Below, piece after piece: positions 44,254 through 53,446 of a stretch of 53,575 nt of DNA; position 1 is the stretch's first letter; each line of letters starts with the position of its first letter. The DNA comes from an uncultured Bacilli bacterium (GTDB lineage Bacteria > Bacillota_I > Bacilli_A > RF39 > UBA660): assembly GCA_944329465.1 (NCBI GenBank), contig CALVII010000002.1, positions 1 to 53,575 of the forward strand, written 5' to 3'. Under the pieces are notes generated by a model. The model had not been told where the DNA came from. It saw nothing but the letters and a program-made list of their open reading frames with translations, and did not search any database. Position numbers and translations under genes: made by a program.

Positions 44254-45294
44254 ATGAATTTAGACAAGATTTTAAGAGATTTAAAAAATAATTTGGAAAG
44301 TGTTGAGTCACTTCATGATTTAAGTGAGGTTAAGGCTCATTATTTGGGGAAAAAAGGTGAAATTACATCTTTGTATTCTAAAATGAAAGATTTAAGTGCA
44401 GAAGAGAAGAAAAAGTTTGGTGCTTTAATTAATAATGTTAAAAATGAAGCGGCTGATTTAATTGATAATAAGAAAAAAGAAATGGAAAATGAAATATTAA
44501 ATGAGAAACTTCAAAACGAAAGCATCGATATTAGTTTACCGGCAACTGAAATTATTGTTGGTGCTCCAAGTATTTTAGAAAAAATGATTGAAGATGTTGA
44601 AAGCTTACTTATGTCTATGGGGTATGATGTAGTTGATGGTCCAGAGGTTGAAAAAGATGAGTATAATTTTGAAATGCTTAATTTACCTAAGGGACATCCG
44701 GCTAGAGATGCTCAAGATACATTTTATGTTAAGGGGGATGAACTTTTACTTCGCAGTCAAACCTCACCAGTGCAAGTTAGGACGATGCTTGCAGGAAAAG
44801 GTGAGAAACCTATTAGAATGATATGTCCTGGTAAGACTTATAGAAGAGATGATGATGACGCAACACATTCACATCAATTTATGCAGATAGAGGGATTACT
44901 TGTCGATAAGAATATTAGTTTATCTGATTTAAAAGGAACTTTTGATTTGATTGCGAAACATTTATTTGGCGAAGATTGTGAGACAAGATTTAGACCTAGT
45001 TATTATCCTTTTACTGAACCTTCTGTGGAGATGGATATTACTTGCCATCACTGTAAGGGTAAAGGTTGTGCAATATGTAAAAATACTGGTTTTATTACTG
45101 TTTCTGGCGGAGGAATGGTTCATCCAAAGGTTTTAGAAAACTGTGGATATGATCCTAAAAAGTGGAGTGGTTTTGCATTTGGCTTTGGAGCTGAAAGACT
45201 TGCAATGATTAAATATGGCATTGATGATTTAAGAGTATTTTATACTAATGATTTAAGAGAAAGCAGAGTATTTGACAGGAAGGAGGCTAACTAA
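44254..45294 (+). CDS. pheS: Phenylalanine--tRNA ligase alpha subunit
   Basis: Class II motifs (FRPSYYPFTEPS, GFAFGFGAERLAM), 346 aa. Confidence 0.97.
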   Translation: MNLDKILRDLKNNLESVESLHDLSEVKAHYLGKKGEITSLYSKMKDLSAEEKKKFGALINNVKNEAADLIDNKKKEMENEILNEKLQNESIDISLPATEIIVGAPSILEKMIEDVESLLMSMGYDVVDGPEVEKDEYNFEMLNLPKGHPARDAQDTFYVKGDELLLRSQTSPVQVRTMLAGKGEKPIRMICPGKTYRRDDDDATHSHQFMQIEGLLVDKNISLSDLKGTFDLIAKHLFGEDCETRFRPSYYPFTEPSVEMDITCHHCKGKGCAICKNTGFITVSGGGMVHPKVLENCGYDPKKWSGFAFGFGAERLAMIKYGIDDLRVFYTNDLRESRVFDRKEAN

Positions 45295-47666
45295 TGATAG
45301 ATTTAGAGTGGGTAAAAGATTATATAGATATATCTGACCAAGATTTAAAGGAACTTGCGGTTAAGATTACTAAAGCCGGAATTAATATTGAAAAAGTAAT
45401 TACCAATCATATCGACAATTTAGTAATTGGTGAGGTTTTAAAGTGTGAGAATCATCCTGATTCTGATCATTTACATGTATGTTTAGTTAATGTTGGGGAT
45501 AAAAATTTACAAATTGTTTGTGGGGCTCCTAATGTTAGAGAAGGCTTGAAAGTTATCGTAGCTTTGCCTGGAGCTATTTTACCTGGAGATTTTGCGATTA
45601 AGAAAAGTAAAATTAGAGGAGTAGAGTCTAATGGTATGCTTTGTGCACTTTATGAACTTGGTTTAGAAGAAAAAAATGAACAAACTTATAGTAAGGGAAT
45701 TTATGAGGTAGATTCTAAAGCTAAGGTTGGTGTGGATGCAATGAAGTATCTTAATTTAGATGATACTTTATATGAACTTGATGTTCACAAGCATCGTAAT
45801 AACGATTGTTATTATCATATAGGTTTTGCTTATGAAATTGGAGCTATTTTAAATAGGAAGGTTACTTTACCTTCAGATAAAACAACTCCTATTAAAGACG
45901 AGATTAAGAATTATTTTAGTTTAAAGGTTGATACTGATAAATGTCCATATTATTTAGCTAAAATGGTTACAGGAGTTAAAATTGGTGAATCACCTGAGTT
46001 TATTAAAAGAAGACTTACGGCTTATGGCATGCGTTCTATTAATAATGTTGTTGATATATCAAATTATGTGATGCTTGAGTATGGGCAGCCATTACATTTT
46101 TTTGACAAGGATACTTTAGGCGATAAGATTTTAGTTAGAAATGCTTTAGATGGTGAGAAAATTAAAACTTTAGATGGTGTGACTAGGGTTTTAAATAGTG
46201 AGGATATTGTTATTACAGATGGCGAAAAACCAGTTTGTCTTGCCGGTGTTATGGGTGGTGAGAATACTGAAGTTACGGAAAACACTAAAAACATTTTAAT
46301 TGAAAGTGCAATATTTGATGGAGTGAGTATTAGAAATACTTCTAATAGGCTTGAATTAAGAAGTGAGGCTTCCATTCGCTATGGTAAAGGTTTGAGTTTT
46401 GAATATACACAAAAGGCTATTGAAAGAGCTTGTCATTTACTTGAAAAATATGCGGGAGCTAAGGTGCTTTCTGGGACGGTTAAGCATGATAAAGTTGATA
46501 AAACGCCAAAGGTTGTAAGTTTTAAATCTTCTCAGATTAATGAATTGCTTGGCATTACTATTTCTGATGAAGATGTGAAGGTTGAACTTAATCGTTTAGG
46601 TTTCCCATTTGAATATGAAGATGGTAATTTTAAAGCGATAATTCCTTTTAGAAGACTTGATATTGATCCTTATGTGAATGATATTGCGGAAGAAGTTGGA
46701 AGGCTTTATGGTTATCATAATTTGGTTTCGACTTTGCCTAGGGTGGAAATTAAGAAAGGTAAATATGATTTAGACATAAAATTTCGTAAGATTATTTCTA
46801 AGAGATTACGTTCTTTAGGTTTAAATGAGGTTAAAACTTATACTTTAGTTTCATCTGATATGGCTTCGAAGTTTAAATATGAAGATAAAAAACAGATTAC
46901 TTTGCCACTTCCTATGAGTGTAGATAAGTCTGTTATTAGAACTAGTTTAATTTCTTCTCTTTTAAAGGTATACAAATACAACCGTGATCACAAGGTTAAT
47001 GATATAAATATATATGAGATTGCGAAAACTTATGATGCTTCTTATAATGAGGAAAGTAAGATTGGTATGCTTATGAGTGGTAATTATTTACTTAATCAGT
47101 GGTTAGGGGTAAATGTTAAAGTTGATTTTTATTTGATTAAGGGTGTGGTTCAAAATATTTTAGACTATTTAGGTTTTAAAAACAGATATACTTTTGAAAA
47201 GGTAGAAATACCCGATTTACATCCTGGAATGTGTGCGAGCATTTTACTCGATAGAAAAAAAATAGGTGTTATTGGAAGGGTGCATCCTACTTTAATTAAG
47301 GAAGATGTTTATGTGGCTGAACTTTCTTTGGAAGCACTTATGAGTAAAGTTAAACCTATTAAATTTAAGGAAGCTTTAAAATATCCAGAGATTGTCAAGG
47401 ATATGGCTTTTATATTTAAAAAAGATGTACTTTCTTCTGAAGTTATAGATGTTATTAGAAAAGCTGGCGGCAGACTTTTAACAGAAGTTAAATTGTTTGA
47501 TGTTTATACTGGGGAAAATGTGGCTAGCGATGAGAGGTCTTTAGCTTATTCATTGACATTTTCAGCTGCCGATAGGACTTTAAGTGAAGAAGAGGTTATG
47601 AAGGTGTTTGAAAATATCATTGGTAAAGTCGAAGAAAAATTTGGGGCTAAACTTAGAAATAAATAA
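45294..47666 (+). CDS. pheT: Phenylalanine--tRNA ligase beta subunit
   Basis: tRNA-binding N-domain (HPDSDHLHVCLV), B3/4, B5 and FDX-ACB domains. The start overlaps the pheS stop by 1 nt. Confidence 0.97.
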   Translation: MIDLEWVKDYIDISDQDLKELAVKITKAGINIEKVITNHIDNLVIGEVLKCENHPDSDHLHVCLVNVGDKNLQIVCGAPNVREGLKVIVALPGAILPGDFAIKKSKIRGVESNGMLCALYELGLEEKNEQTYSKGIYEVDSKAKVGVDAMKYLNLDDTLYELDVHKHRNNDCYYHIGFAYEIGAILNRKVTLPSDKTTPIKDEIKNYFSLKVDTDKCPYYLAKMVTGVKIGESPEFIKRRLTAYGMRSINNVVDISNYVMLEYGQPLHFFDKDTLGDKILVRNALDGEKIKTLDGVTRVLNSEDIVITDGEKPVCLAGVMGGENTEVTENTKNILIESAIFDGVSIRNTSNRLELRSEASIRYGKGLSFEYTQKAIERACHLLEKYAGAKVLSGTVKHDKVDKTPKVVSFKSSQINELLGITISDEDVKVELNRLGFPFEYEDGNFKAIIPFRRLDIDPYVNDIAEEVGRLYGYHNLVSTLPRVEIKKGKYDLDIKFRKIISKRLRSLGLNEVKTYTLVSSDMASKFKYEDKKQITLPLPMSVDKSVIRTSLISSLLKVYKYNRDHKVNDINIYEIAKTYDASYNEESKIGMLMSGNYLLNQWLGVNVKVDFYLIKGVVQNILDYLGFKNRYTFEKVEIPDLHPGMCASILLDRKKIGVIGRVHPTLIKEDVYVAELSLEALMSKVKPIKFKEALKYPEIVKDMAFIFKKDVLSSEVIDVIRKAGGRLLTEVKLFDVYTGENVASDERSLAYSLTFSAADRTLSEEEVMKVFENIIGKVEEKFGAKLRNK

Positions 47667-47708
47667 TAAGCATTTTTACAAAATATGACATAAAGAATAG
47701 GTCATTTA

Positions 47709-47737
47709 TTGACAAGATACATAAAATATAATAAAAT
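47709..47737 (+). promoter_or_regulatory. SigmaA-type promoter about 170 nt upstream of tRNA-Cys
   Basis: TTGACA, a 17-nt spacer, then TAAAAT. Confidence 0.5.
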
Positions 47738-47910
47738 GTAAGTGCTGAGCATGTGTTATAGAAATTTTACTTTGCCTGTTTTTATAACATGTGTGACTGC
47801 AATTCAATGAAAACCATTTTATGGTGCACATTTACTGCGGTCTGGTTGAAACCGCATACTAGGGTTATTTGAAATTTCTAGTAATTCTCTTACAATTCAA
47901 CCTCTTGCTT

Positions 47911-47984
47911 GGGTCTATAGCCAAGTGGTAAGGCGTGGGACTGCAACTCCCTGATCGTTGGTTCAAATCCGACTAGGCCCTCCA
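47911..47984 (+). tRNA. tRNA-Cys (anticodon GCA)
   Basis: I folded the cloverleaf by hand. It has a 7-bp acceptor stem (one G-U) and the anticodon loop C-U-GCA-A-C. The T arm is GTTGG/TTCAAAT/CCGAC. The variable loop is 4 nt, the discriminator is U, and CCA is encoded. Confidence 0.9.
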
Positions 47985-47994
47985 TTGAAATATA

Positions 47995-48026
47995 AAGAAA
48001 TTCTAGTAATAGAGTTTCTTTTTTTG
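47995..48026 (+). terminator. Terminator after tRNA-Cys
   Basis: AAGAAATTCT pairs with AGAGTTTCTT, followed by a T run. Confidence 0.6.
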
Positions 48027-48090
48027 TTTAGGTACTTGTTAAATGTCAAAAATTAGGTTATACTTATATAGTACGCGTGGGAGGTCTTGT

Positions 48091-50094
48091 ATGAAAAAAC
48101 TTACTAAGCACAAAGCATTATTTATTATTACTTTGATAAGTATTTTGATTTTGTTTGGAGGATCTGGATATTTGATTTTTACAATATCTAAATTAAATAA
48201 TATTGAAAATACTTTGAGATTAGTTGGATCGATTTTACTAGTGATTATTTGTTTAATTTTATTTGTTTTAAGTATTAGATTTTTAAATAAATATAAAAAG
48301 GTTAAATTAATTATTGTGATAATTTTAATGTTGCTTATAGGCGGAGTTTCAATATTTGCAGGTTATAATGTTGATAAGATTTATGGAGCTTTAGCTAAAG
48401 TGAGTGACACTTCAGGATATACGACTTATTCTTCTAGTTTAGTTACTTTAAAAGACAATAAAGCAGATAGTATTAAGGAAATTTCTGATTCAGAGCTTGG
48501 CATTTTGAGTGATACTACAAGTTATGAAGGAAATATTATTCCTAAGGAAGTTATTAAAGAGCAAAAACTTAAGAATAAAACCAAGGAATATACTAGTTAT
48601 ATTGCTATGATAGATGCTTTATATAATGGAGAGATTGACTATATATTTTTACCAACAAACTATGCAGTGATGTTTGGTAATATGGAAGGTTATGAAGATA
48701 TAAAGGATAAAACTAAGGTTTTATTAACGCAGACTAAAAAAGTTAAAGATAAAAGTGGTGATCGGAATAGTTCGAATACTAAAGCTATAACTGAACCTTT
48801 TACTATTTTGCTTATGGGTGTTGATTCTGATGCAGAAGGTATTGCGAATGGGTCTTTTAATGGAGATTCTTTAATGCTTATTACTTTTAATCCTAAAACA
48901 CTTAGTACAACTATTTTAAGTATTCCAAGAGATTCTTATGTGCCGATTGCATGTTTTAGTGGTCAAAGGAAAAATAAAATCACACATGCTGCTTGGCAGG
49001 GCGAAGAATGTATGATGAATACGATTGAAAATTTTTTAGATGTAAAAATAGATTATTATGTTAAGATTAATTTTGCTGGTGTAGTTCAACTTGTAGATAC
49101 TTTAGGTGGTGTCGAGATAGATGTTCCTTATAATTTGTGTGAACAAAATAGTAAACGTCAGTGGGGAAATAATACAATTTATATTGAAAAAGGTTTTCAA
49201 ACTTTAAATGGTGAGCAAGCTTTGGCTTATGCGCGTAATCGTCATCCAAATCCTGGTAAATGTTCTTCTAAGTGGACAAATTATACAAGTAATGATTTTA
49301 TTCGTGGTGAACATCAGCAGGAGGTTGTTACAGCTATTTTAAATAAATTTAAGGATATAGATAATTTAGATACAGTATATAAATTGCTTGATACGATTAG
49401 TAATAATATGGTTACTAATATGAGTACTGATCAAATACTTTCTTTATACAATGTATTTAAGGATGTGGCTTCTAAGAGTGCGGGAATGGATAATATGGCT
49501 GATGTGCTTGGTATTCAAAGATTAAAATTAAATGGTTATGATGCTAGAATATATGATTATGGTGGAACTAATTTGTCGCTTTATAATTATGTTTTATACG
49601 ATGATAGTGTTAAAGCGGTTTCTAATGCGATGAAGGAAAATTTAGGCGAGAAAAAGACTAAAGTTATTAAATCATTTAGTTTTGATATAAATACTCCTTA
49701 TGAGAAAAAGGTTATTGGAGCTGATATTACTGGAACTAGAAGTTTAGTTCAACTTCCAAATTTTGTTGGACAAACTGTTGATTATGTGAGATCTTATTGT
49801 TCAAGAAATGGTATTAGTTTATCTGTGAAGGGTGGTAATGGTTATGTACTTAGTCAAAGTGTTCCTTCTGGAGCTAATATAGAAGATGTAAACTCTATTA
49901 CAGTAACAGCTGGCGGAACTACTAATACGACAACAATTACTGATGATAATAATAAAGAAAATGATGTATTAGAAGATAGTGGGGTACTTCCACCTGAACC
50001 AGATGAACCAAAAGAAGATCCAGAAGATCCACCAGCGGGTCCAGGAGAAGAAACTGAATCAGGAGATTCCGAGGAATCTCAGATAACAGAATAA
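48091..50094 (+). CDS. LCP (LytR-CpsA-Psr) family protein with multi-TM N-terminus, a C-terminal PASTA-like domain and a Pro/Glu-rich tail
   Basis: LCP core (FTILLMGVDSD ... DSLMLITFNP ... LSIPRDSYV ... YARNRH). The PASTA-like segment is LPNFVGQTVDYVRSYCSRNGISLSV..VLSQSVPSGANI. ATG at 48091 follows GGGAGG. Confidence 0.85.
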   Translation: MKKLTKHKALFIITLISILILFGGSGYLIFTISKLNNIENTLRLVGSILLVIICLILFVLSIRFLNKYKKVKLIIVIILMLLIGGVSIFAGYNVDKIYGALAKVSDTSGYTTYSSSLVTLKDNKADSIKEISDSELGILSDTTSYEGNIIPKEVIKEQKLKNKTKEYTSYIAMIDALYNGEIDYIFLPTNYAVMFGNMEGYEDIKDKTKVLLTQTKKVKDKSGDRNSSNTKAITEPFTILLMGVDSDAEGIANGSFNGDSLMLITFNPKTLSTTILSIPRDSYVPIACFSGQRKNKITHAAWQGEECMMNTIENFLDVKIDYYVKINFAGVVQLVDTLGGVEIDVPYNLCEQNSKRQWGNNTIYIEKGFQTLNGEQALAYARNRHPNPGKCSSKWTNYTSNDFIRGEHQQEVVTAILNKFKDIDNLDTVYKLLDTISNNMVTNMSTDQILSLYNVFKDVASKSAGMDNMADVLGIQRLKLNGYDARIYDYGGTNLSLYNYVLYDDSVKAVSNAMKENLGEKKTKVIKSFSFDINTPYEKKVIGADITGTRSLVQLPNFVGQTVDYVRSYCSRNGISLSVKGGNGYVLSQSVPSGANIEDVNSITVTAGGTTNTTTITDDNNKENDVLEDSGVLPPEPDEPKEDPEDPPAGPGEETESGDSEESQITE

Positions 50095-50117
50095 ACTCAA
50101 AATTTTGAGTTTTTTTC
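50093..50117 (+). terminator. Terminator after the LCP gene
   Basis: ACTCAAAA pairs with TTTTGAGT, followed by a T run. Confidence 0.6.
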
Positions 50118-50171
50118 TTTTATCATTGATTTTTAAAGTTATATATTAAAAGAAGGTTAAACAAAACCTTC

Positions 50172-51602
50172 TTAATTTTTTTTATTTAATATTTTACCTT
50201 TGTCATTTGTATCATAAATGGTTTCTTCTTCTGACTGATATCCTAAGTTTACACATATTTTTTTGTCAGTGATATACATTTTTGTTTTACAAGGAAAAGA
50301 TACTATATCAGCATCAATATTAGCTTTATGACAAGCATTAAGTAAATATTCATCAGGTCCATAATCTACGCGTAAAGTTAATACATTATTAGCTTGAGTA
50401 ATAATTCCTTTTAAAATTTCATCATGTAAATATTTTTTAAAATTTATTATTTGTTCATCAGTATATTTGATTTCATTTATGATGTCATTAGCTAACCATT
50501 CAAAATAACCACCATTATTGAATTGAGGATTTTGTAAAGCATTAGCCCACCAATTTGTAGCAATATCAATTATATAGTTAAGATTTTCTTTTTCTTCTTC
50601 CGGCATAGTAATCCATTTTTTGCACGCATGTATTATTTGTTTTAGATCATATGTTTTGTATATATCTTCATATAAAAATGATAAGCCATATAATTCGAAA
50701 TAGTCATTAAGTGTTATTGTGTCTAGTTCATTATTGATATTAAATGTTTTTAAATTGTATTTTTCAATATATTCTATTTTTGAAGAATCATCAAATGTAA
50801 ATGGTGGCATACACCATCCGTAAACAATTCGCATTTTTTCTTTAGATTTTTCTTGTTTAATTTCGATTAAATCTGCATATCTAACAAACAAGTTTTTAGA
50901 TAAAAATATATTTTCATGTCCTTTTCTTTTTATTGTGTTCATTTTGTCATTTCCATTTAGGTCAATTGCAAAGATAGTATATTCTTCTGCATCACTTATT
51001 TCAAATTCATCTGAATTGATTGTAGCAAAACCATTAACTCTCGAATCTATTCCACATTCTGATTTATCTCCATATAAAATGTATTTAGCTTTAGATATTA
51101 TAGTTTTTTTATATTTTTCTTGTTTTGTTAAATCTTGATCTTTTTGCAAATGTTTTTCGTAATTTTCGATAGCATCTTGAATAACCCAAGAGAAATCTCC
51201 TGAGATATTATTATGACTAAGGCCATATTTCATTATTGATTCACGAACTATAGAAATTAAATCGTTTATAAAAAAGGGATCTAAAACTATTTTATGTGAG
51301 TATTTATTAATTAAATCAAGTTTTTTTTCATGAATTTTTTTGTAATTCTTTTCAAGTATTATTATTTTTTCTCCTTTTGAATTAATTAAAAAGTCTACAT
51401 TTTTTTCATTTGTGGGTGAGTTAATTTCAAATTCCTTAAGTATATCATCATGCAATTGAATATACTCTTTTAGTGTAATAGCATCTTGTTGACTAGCCAC
51501 TATTTCTTGTGAATAATTTAAACGAGTTCTATAAAAATTTTCAACAACACCTGCAATTTTTTTTCTAACTTCGTTAGATAAATTAAATTTTTTATTTTCC
51601 AT
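50172..51602 (-). CDS. Hypothetical 476-aa soluble protein, no recognisable domain
   Basis: A long uninterrupted ORF with SD AAGGAGA before the ATG. The hairpin AAGAAGGTT/AACCTTCTT lies at its 3' end. Confidence 0.6.
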   Translation of the reverse strand: MENKKFNLSNEVRKKIAGVVENFYRTRLNYSQEIVASQQDAITLKEYIQLHDDILKEFEINSPTNEKNVDFLINSKGEKIIILEKNYKKIHEKKLDLINKYSHKIVLDPFFINDLISIVRESIMKYGLSHNNISGDFSWVIQDAIENYEKHLQKDQDLTKQEKYKKTIISKAKYILYGDKSECGIDSRVNGFATINSDEFEISDAEEYTIFAIDLNGNDKMNTIKRKGHENIFLSKNLFVRYADLIEIKQEKSKEKMRIVYGWCMPPFTFDDSSKIEYIEKYNLKTFNINNELDTITLNDYFELYGLSFLYEDIYKTYDLKQIIHACKKWITMPEEEKENLNYIIDIATNWWANALQNPQFNNGGYFEWLANDIINEIKYTDEQIINFKKYLHDEILKGIITQANNVLTLRVDYGPDEYLLNACHKANIDADIVSFPCKTKMYITDKKICVNLGYQSEEETIYDTNDKGKILNKKN

Positions 51603-51682
51603 TAATATTTCTCCTTATATGAAAATTTAAGAAAAATTATCTATTTTTTTCTTAGTGCTTATATATTATACAAAAAAAAACA

Positions 51683-51710
51683 AAAAAGCAAGGTTTTTTC
51701 CTTGCTTTTT
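51683..51710. other. Perfect 11-bp-arm palindromic hairpin in the divergent intergenic region
   Basis: AAAAAGCAAGG, a TTTTTT loop, then CCTTGCTTTTT. Each arm also reads TTGCTT as a possible -35 for the flanking divergent genes. The gltX-side spacing is TTGCTT-17-GATAAT. Confidence 0.6.
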
Positions 51711-51751
51711 AAACCTTATTATTAGATAATATTAAAGGAAAGAGGGATATT

Positions 51752-53392
51752 ATGGATAGGAAAGAATTTGCTGATAGACTATTAGATACTAAACATGACT
51801 ATGAATACTATGAAAATTTATATCCAGAAAGAGAATTAAATGATAAAGCTATGGTAACTAGATATGCACCCAGTCCAACTGGTTTTGTGCATTTAGGAGC
51901 TTTGTATGCGGCTTTTATTTCTATGAAAATGGCTAATCAAAGTAATGGGGTTTTCTTTTTAAGAATTGAAGATACTGATCAAAAAAGAAGTATTGAAGAT
52001 GGTGTTAGTAAAATTATTACTGATTTAGCTAATTTTAGTATTACTTTTGACGAAGGTGTTACTTTAGATGGTGATAAAGGTGAATATGGCCCTTATACGC
52101 AAAGTGAAAGAGGAGATATTTATAGGGCATATGCAAAAAAATTAATTATAGAAGGAAAAGCTTATCCTTGTTTTTGTTCACAAGAGAGTTTGAAAGAAGA
52201 TAGAGAAAGACAAGAAAAACATAAAGAGAGAATAGGTTATTATGGTTATTATGCAAGATGTAGAAATTTATCTATGGAAGAAGTTACTCAAAAAATAGAA
52301 AATGGGGAAAAATATATTATTAGATTAAAATCTAATGGTAATTTTAATCACAGATTTAAATTTAAAGATGAGATAAAGGGTAAGATGGAACTGCCCGAAA
52401 ATGATCAAGATATAGTTATTATTAAATCTGATGGCCTTCCTACTTATCATTTTGCACATGCGATTGACGATCATTTAATGAGAACTACGCATGTTATTAG
52501 GGGAGACGAGTGGTTTTCTTCAATTCCCGTTCATGTTCAGTTGTTTGAATATTTAGGGTTTAAAGTTCCTAAGTATGCTCATATATCTCCAATTACTATA
52601 GAAGATAATGGTACTAAAAGAAAATTAAGTAAAAGAAAAGATCCAGAGGCGGCAATAAGTTATTATCATGAAAAAGGTATTCCAAATAAAGCGGTTATGC
52701 TTTATTTGGAAACGGTTGCTAATTCTAATTTTGAAATGTGGATGAATCAAAATAAAGATAAAGACGTTAAAGAGTTTATTTTAGATTTTAAAAAAATGCC
52801 AGTAGGTGGAAGTTTATTTGATTATGATAAACTTATGAATATTTCCAAAAATTATATTAGTACTTTAAAGGCTTTAGAAGTATATGATATGACTTTAGAT
52901 TGGGCAAGACAGTATGATAATGATTTCGCTTTACTTTTAGAAAAATATAAAGATTATAGTACAGCAATATTTAATATTGAAAGAGAGCAGAAAAAACCTC
53001 GCAAGGATATTGGATATTTTGGAGATGTTAAAAATCAAATTTGGTATATGTATGATGAGTTATTTAAACCAAAAGAATATGAATGGCAAAAAGTTACTGA
53101 AAAGTGCGAAATAAAAAATATTTTAGATGTTTATTTGAATAAATATTATAATGAAAAAGATGATAAAAATATTTGGTTTGATAATATGAAAAAAGCAGCT
53201 ATAGAGCTTGGTTATGCTGGTGAAATGAGGGAGTATAAAGAAAATCCTGATAAATATAAAGGAAGTATTGCTGATTTTAGTACAGTTGTTAGAGTTAGTT
53301 TAACTAGTAAATCAAATACTCCGGATTTATATGAAATTATGAGATTACTTGGTGAAAAAAGAATGAATGAACGAGTTAAGATGGTCGGTTGA
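51752..53392 (+). CDS. gltX: Glutamate--tRNA ligase
   Basis: APSPTGFVHLGALY (HIGH-type) and KLSKRK (KMSKS-type) motifs. The form is long, at 546 aa. Confidence 0.92.
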   Translation: MDRKEFADRLLDTKHDYEYYENLYPERELNDKAMVTRYAPSPTGFVHLGALYAAFISMKMANQSNGVFFLRIEDTDQKRSIEDGVSKIITDLANFSITFDEGVTLDGDKGEYGPYTQSERGDIYRAYAKKLIIEGKAYPCFCSQESLKEDRERQEKHKERIGYYGYYARCRNLSMEEVTQKIENGEKYIIRLKSNGNFNHRFKFKDEIKGKMELPENDQDIVIIKSDGLPTYHFAHAIDDHLMRTTHVIRGDEWFSSIPVHVQLFEYLGFKVPKYAHISPITIEDNGTKRKLSKRKDPEAAISYYHEKGIPNKAVMLYLETVANSNFEMWMNQNKDKDVKEFILDFKKMPVGGSLFDYDKLMNISKNYISTLKALEVYDMTLDWARQYDNDFALLLEKYKDYSTAIFNIEREQKKPRKDIGYFGDVKNQIWYMYDELFKPKEYEWQKVTEKCEIKNILDVYLNKYYNEKDDKNIWFDNMKKAAIELGYAGEMREYKENPDKYKGSIADFSTVVRVSLTSKSNTPDLYEIMRLLGEKRMNERVKMVG

Positions 53393-53419
53393 TCATCTTT
53401 TTAAAATTTTTGTCTATTT

Positions 53420-53446
53420 TTAGCACTCTTTCTTGACAAGTGCTAA
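53420..53446 (+). promoter_or_regulatory. CIRCE operator (HrcA binding site) overlapping the hsp20 promoter
   Basis: TTAGCACTC-N9-AAGTGCTAA has one mismatch to TTAGCACTC-N9-GAGTGCTAA. TTGACA (53433-53438), a 17-nt spacer, then TATAAC (53456-53461). Confidence 0.75.

Noticed and set aside
47751-47810. 19-codon ORF (MCYRNFTLPVFITCVTAIQ) with Cys codons in the tRNA-Cys leader, considered as a possible Cys-sensing leader peptide
   Set aside because: There is no Shine-Dalgarno sequence. The ORF coincides with the main leader hairpin. It has only two Cys codons, and they are not clustered. The idea is attractive but unsupported.
51683-51710. Attenuator or T-box-type control of gltX
   Set aside because: There is no T-box sequence, specifier structure or alternative antiterminator pairing. 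The only gltX -35 candidate I found (TTGCTT) lies inside the hairpin's 3' arm, which would put the hairpin upstream of the transcription start. It is better explained as a relic terminator or a shared divergent promoter/operator.
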